From the human T2T-CHM13v2.0 reference genome, Homo sapiens, in NCBI RefSeq assembly GCF_009914755.1, contig NC_060926.1: DNA of 64,000 bases; one strand, given 5' to 3'. Every line of letters starts with the position of its first letter. Position 1 is the stretch's first letter. Shown in pieces: positions 58,111-64,000 of the stretch. Below the pieces are notes generated by a model. It saw nothing but the letters and a program-made list of their open reading frames with translations. It was not told where the DNA came from and ran no database searches. Made by a program: the position numbers and the translations under genes.

Positions 58111-59154
58111 GCTTTTTCTTGTTGATATTACAGACAAAAGAGAACAGTAGAAATTGAGAGATACTAGTTTTATAAATCAGAAGCAAAAGAAAGACTTTGA
58201 GACATAGCTCAAGAGATGTTGACATAAGAAAGTTAAGTAGCAAGCAATAATGGAGTCTGTGTGGTCAGATGCTGGAAAAATCTAGAATGACTTCCAGACA
58301 CCTTTCCAGTTGCCAGGAGAGGGAAGGAATCAAGACTGCACAACATCCCCAAAGAAAACCTGAACAACAATGTGCACTGACTCCTAAAATAAAGAGACTG
58401 AGGAATCGAATAAAGTTGCAGAGAACAGAGGGATGTCTGACAAACAGATAATTAGAATCTTCTAAGGAGAGGGAAAATGTGACATTCACGACTAGCTTTA
58501 AAAATAGTGATCTTTAAATCCTGAGTAGCGTCACAGTCACATGAGAATAGGTGGAGCCTTGGCAGGCACGTTACACGAGAGAATATAGAGGGAGAGTCTA
58601 AAGAGTTGTGATTGAGTCAGTATGTGTTTCAGGAGCCTCTTCCCTAGCACAGCACATCGCCAAGCCCACACTGTCTACCCTGGTGTGAATTCAGAGCCGC
58701 AGCGTGTGCGGACGGAACTGCGAGTCAGTCTCCCTAAGTGTCGAGGCCCCAGAGTCTGACGCGGCTGTAGGTGGTGCCACTCACGGATGAGATCAGCCAC
58801 TTCATGCAGCCAATGCGAAACAGTCACTCTCCCAATATAGCAGGGACTGACTAACGCAGCAATAATGCCGGGAAGATGCTGGCACCTCTGGGAGAACGCG
58901 AAGATGCTCCTTGGTCTGGGCTGAAGGCTGCATTAGAGGGGAGGGTGTTATAGGCGAAGGATTTTTTTTATAAGATGCACCAAAAATCCCTCTGGCATCA
59001 TTTCACCAACATATCACTTTAAACATGTTTGTCCATATATAAAGCCACAGCCCATTACAATAAGCGAGATGCAAACTGCCTGTACTCAACCACTGTTCAT
59101 CATTCACACTAAACAGAGCATAACTACTTTATTCATTCAAACTCTAGTCCTCAT

Positions 59155-59295
59155 GAGAAACACCTGATAGGTGCCTATCCTTTAGTGTCTGAGCTGTAGG
59201 CCTCAAAAGAGGCCCAGGAATTTACATTTTAATAAGCATCTGCATTCATTAAGATAGAGGAAATCCAAAGATTTAACTAAGAAATGCTGCTCTGG
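59155..59295. mobile_element. MER5-like (hAT-Charlie) fragment
   Basis: ggcccaggaatttacattttaataagcat ... agaaatgctgctct. Confidence 0.5.
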
Positions 59296-59419
59296 GGTAT
59301 CTATTTATCAATCAGTGAACAAAACTTTTTAAACTACTGTCAGTTTCACAAATATGATTCAATATAGTCATGGGAGGAACTAACACCAGTTCTTAATAAA
59401 GCTGAGGCTGCTGGTTCTA

Positions 59420-60110
59420 TATTGAACCCAGTTACCGTCAATATTTTCATTAAAGAGTTGGAGGGAGACAACTAGATGTCATGACTCTGAAATCATCAGA
59501 TGCCGTAGGCAGAATGAGATAACCAAAACATCAAATGGTGGAATCAGGACTTTAAAAGGTGCTGGCGTATTGAGAACAACGGAACAAAGCTAACCAGATG
59601 AAAATAAATATGTATAAATATCCAGTTCTGTATTTTGAATCAAATAGTAACATGCCCAAGGATGAAAGCACCTGGTTTCATCGGTAAACAAGGCCCAGAA
59701 GTTTGAAATTAAGTCACCTGGACTGATAGGCTTGCATGCCAGCGTTTAGTGCTCATGACAGAAAAAAGAATGGCCCCAATACATCACGCTGTGCACTCAA
59801 CACCTGGAGTGCTGGGTTCTGTGTTGGGAGCCACATTTTAATAACAAAAATTGCAAATTGAGACACACCCAATAGTGAAAATTTTGATGGTAAAGGCCTT
59901 GAAAACCATTTCCTATGAGGAAAAGTGAAGGAATGAGGAATGTTTCGCCTGGAAAATAGAAGAGTTGGGAGAGAAATTAGCTGTTGTCAAATCTATGAAA
60001 AGTACTAATGAAAGAATAATTCAATCCACTCTTTGTTGTTCCAAAGAGTAAAACTGAGGTCAATGGGGATAATAATATAAGCCATAATGCAACTGAAAGC
60101 GATGTTGGCC
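59420..60110 (+). mobile_element. L3/CR1 LINE fragment
   Basis: cacctggagtgctgggttctgtgttgggagccacatttt ... tcctatgaggaaaagtgaaggaa ... gtttcgcctggaaaatagaag, matching CR1 (HLEYCVQFWAP, YEERLKELGLFSLEKRR). Confidence 0.75.
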
Positions 60111-61259
60111 TATGCTCACCACCTCACATTTGTGATGGTGCTCCCTGCACACGACCTGTTCCCGTCTCACAGATGAGTCATCTGGCCCACCTCTAGGCAC
60201 TCGCCATTCTGGCCCTCCTACTGGAATGGGCTCTCTTATCTGTCTACCTGGCTGACACCTACTCACTATTGAGGGCTTGATTCTCTCCTCCTCTATGAAA
60301 TCTTGGCACCAACACCTACAACACAAAGACTGCCACTGAGGTGTCATCCTTGTGCACCCCCAGGCCCCACAGACTTCATCACAGCCGCCTCCCCTGGTGG
60401 ATGAACAATCATGCAAACTTCTGCTTCATTTGCTGAGCTATGTTTAGGCCTTATTGATTTTCTTATACCCAGCACCAAACAGTACCTTAGGAGATACAGA
60501 GAGAGATAAAGAAAGAGAGAGACATAGAAAAAGAATTCGTCTAGGAGCCATAGCTAATTTACTTACACCTCCTAGATGTAAACCAAATCAGGAGTAAGAA
60601 CCAAACTAGAATCTTCACCCTTAGGAAAAGTTGTTAAGATCTGACTAATGACATGCTTTTAAAAGAGATCAGTCTACAGAGATGAGAACTCAGCCTGAGG
60701 CACCACCATGAACTCTATGTGAAAACCACATGGCATGTTGGCAGTGAACTCTTGGTAGGAGATCCAAAGAGACAGAATAGAAATGTTGTTCCTTGAAGGA
60801 GAAGAAACATAATCTTGATCATTTGTTTTATTGTAATTCTCTAATTTGAGTGCTAGTATTTCTAAGATAAACCAGCATGTTTATACTTAAAGCTTCTTTG
60901 TCCTGAACCAGTAGGATGTCATTATATATAAAGACAATATTATGAAAACCGAAATTATCCTAATCAAGTACATAAAATGAAGACATTAACATTTAAAGCT
61001 GAATCGTATCATGTTGCATTGAGTATATGTAATAACAGATTATATGATTATATTGTATCATAAAAGTAGCTATGATACTACATAAAAGTAGCTTAAAATG
61101 AAGGTGGGGGGTAATAACACTGCAATTCCGATGTGTTATTAACCATCCTGTTTTGTAGTTCCCAAAATCTGCAGATTTCAGATTATTTGGCAATTGCCCT
61201 ATATTCTGGAAGGCCACCAGAGAGCTGAAGACAAAGGGGCAATGATGTGCCAAAAGCAG

Positions 61260-62111
61260 AAGCTTAAAGAATAGTCAGATTTCTCCAAAGAAGATACACA
61301 AAGGGCTGATGAGCTCGTGTAAAGATGCTCAACATCATTAGTCATCAGTGGAATGCAAATCAAAACCTCAATTAGATACCACTTCACACCCCACTTGGAT
61401 GGCTATAATCAAAAGACAGATAATAACGAGTGTTGGCAAGGATATGGGGAAATCAGAACCCTCCTGCCCTGCTGTGGGAATGTAATATGGTGCAACTGGA
61501 CATTTCTTCAAATGATTACACAGAGAGTTACCATTTAATCTAATAATTTCACTCTTAGGTAGATACCCAAAAGAAATGAAAATATGTCCCCCCGCAAAAA
61601 AAAAAAAAACCCACTTACAAACAAATGTTGATAGCGGCATTCTTTATAATAGCCAAAAGGTGGAAACAACTCCAACTGACCACCAATTGACGAACAGACA
61701 AACAATGTGGTATATACAAAGATGGAATGATACATGATTAGAAAAGGGATGTAATACTAATACATGCTACAATATGAATGAACCTTGAAAGCACTATGCT
61801 AAAGGAAAGAAGCTAAACACCAAAGCCCATATATTATATGATTCCATTTTATGCAATGTCCAAAATAGGCAAATCTATAGAGACAGAAAGTGGATTAGTA
61901 GTTTCCAGGGACTGGAGGAGGGGATGGAGTCTCTTGGCGAGTGAGATAGCTAAAGGGTATTGGTTTATTTTGGGGGGTGATAAAAAGTTTCTAATACTGA
62001 TTTTCATAGTCCGTGAGTCTGTAAATATACTAAAAACAAGGAAACTGTATACTTAAAATTGGAAAATTGTATGGTATATGAATTATATTTCAAAATCTGT
62101 TAATCAAAAAA
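61260..62111 (+). mobile_element. L1MB-class 3' end
   Basis: ttctccaaagaagatacaca ... aatgcaaatcaaaacc ... aaaataggcaaatctatagagacagaaag ... tatgaattatatttc. Confidence 0.88.
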
Positions 62112-63789
62112 GATAATCAGAAAACCGCAGGAGAGAAAAAACTCAAGAAGATATTTTTCAAAGGTTGCAACTTTCTGATCTTTGGGGAAAATAGGATAGA
62201 TTCTGAAAAGAAGGCCCTAAACAACTTTTCTGAGAGTTTAATTCTAGTGTCTAAGAAACTGGGCAGGTGTTCCTGTTGGAAAATGCCCAGTTCACCAAAT
62301 CTGAAATTCAAATATTTAGATGAAGTGTAAATTGCCTGGTAAACAATAATAATGACCCTACAGAACACACAAATTATATAACCAAACCATCTTGGAGGAG
62401 AATAGCTGTGACAAAAAAATGCATTCCTGCCTATCCAGCCATTGAGGTCTCCTGGATTAAGACATATTTGTAGGCTATTAAAACCATCCAAACAGAGAGA
62501 GAGAGAGAGTTGTTTTATCCTGTCCAGGATCACAAGATTCCAGGGTGGAGAGCCCTCTCCATCAACCCAGGTATTATCTAGATGAGAAGACCAAGGCCCA
62601 GCATGAGGAACTCCCTTTGCTGTGGCCCCTATCTCGCAGTAGCAGAGTGAAAACTCAGCCCAGAGCTCTGCCTCCTCACCTCCACATCCTCTTGGCCCAC
62701 GCCAGGACTCCTGAAATGAGTGTGTGCCAAGCTCATCTGCAAAGAGTGGATGGACACTCCTGGTTTCTCCAGCATTTGTGTTCAGATTGTGGCCACCTCT
62801 GCTGTGCTGCAGGGCAAGTTGGAATGAGGGTAGGTCAGGGATAACCACTCCATAACTTACTATTTGCCAGAGAATATTTCCATCTAAAGATTTCCCTTAA
62901 GCAGGACTCTTGTGCATGGGCCTCTCATTTCTGTGGTTGTTCCTTCATTTCTGTTCAGTAAAAACATTTATCCAGGGCTCCAAATTCCCCATCCATCATG
63001 CACTTTTTATCCAAGTGGGAACAGACCAAAGCTCTGAAGTACAGGCTTAGCATGCCCTGCCCTTCACAGGCTGCCGCCTATTTAGCATCATCTAGTTCAG
63101 GGTTTCCACAGACAGCCAGGCATCTGTGAGGACTGAGCAAGTTTGCACTGTGTCTGCCAAGTCACACAGGATTCAAGCAAGAGCCTGCTTGCCAACGTTC
63201 ATCATTCTCCACCTTGGCCCTGGTCAACAACCTGAGCTTCTCCCCAGTTCATGGTTACACATATTAACAAAAACATGTGTTCACAGCAATAGAAATTGAA
63301 AAACATTATCACTGTCATAAACAAAGTGGAAAAGTGAGTCTCCTCTGCTCTTTCAGCCACTCCAAAGCTGCTCATCAACCATCATTTCAGAGTTAAACCG
63401 CTTGGCCCCAGTCATACAGCAATCAGGGAACGAACGGGCAGGTTCTCAGTCTTCTAACTCCAAGCTTGTGACTGACATGTGTGTTTCCTACACCAAAATG
63501 TGGGTCCACGTTGTGCACCTAAAGCAGACCATGAGTCTATCCCCAGCTGGAGTCTTGCTCATGACTGAGTCTTGTTGATTCCAACCTAAGACCTTCCATC
63601 AGCATGGAGATCGGAGGTGCCCAGGATGACAGGAGAGCAGTGAATTTGTGCCTAGGAGGGGGAGGATAAGCAGCCAAAACTCCCTCCATGAAAGCAACAG
63701 CCTCCAGAAAAGAACACTTCTCAGGCCGTGTTGCCACCCCAAGTCCATCCTCTTGGGAATATGCCCCCATCCTGCTAGAAATGCCTATG

Positions 63790-63885
63790 TTGCCAGGATG
63801 TGCTAAGGAGATCTACAGGCTCGATCAACAGCCAGATTTGACATAGGATTTCTAAGTCCCTTTCAGTTCTGGGACTAATATGATT
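63790..63885 (+). mobile_element. L3/MIR3-like 3' end
   Basis: gatttctaagtccctttcagttctgggactaatatgatt. Confidence 0.45.
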
Positions 63886-64000
63886 GCAACGACCATGACA
63901 ATCCCAATTTATGGATTGCTCATATGATAATTTTAAATGAAAATGTTAAACTAGACCAGTTAGCAAAAGTAAAACAACACTTTTTCTATGAATTCAATTC

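Noticed and set aside
62117-62848. Longest ORF (243 aa, minus)
   Set aside because: Non-ATG start, no recognisable domain or coding-like composition; compatible with chance

Overview
Primate, most likely human or great-ape, non-coding genomic DNA (intergenic or deep intronic). It is dense in interspersed repeats: about 12 Alus (J, S and Y classes), a young 5'-inverted L1PA2-like insertion, many old L1M/HAL1/L2/L3/MIR fragments, MaLR and ERVL solo LTRs (THE1, MLT1, MLT2), hAT fossils (MER3, MER63, MER91, MER5), a truncated U6 retrocopy and several microsatellites. No protein-coding gene is supportable, and the supplied ORFs are repeat-derived or chance. Repeat subfamily names come from my recall of consensus sequences and need RepeatMasker/Dfam confirmation. 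The most notable structure is a set of local inverted, apparently templated copies at several scales: two 0.3-0.6 kb inverted insertions copied from about 2 kb downstream (14.1-14.7 kb from 16.4-17.0 kb; 27.7-28.0 kb from 30.1-30.7 kb, both roughly 87-89% identical in their best-aligned parts), plus micro-inversions or fold-backs at 1.7, 31.3, 33.3 and 44.1 kb. There is also a perfect 22-bp palindromic E-box minisatellite at 32.0 kb.
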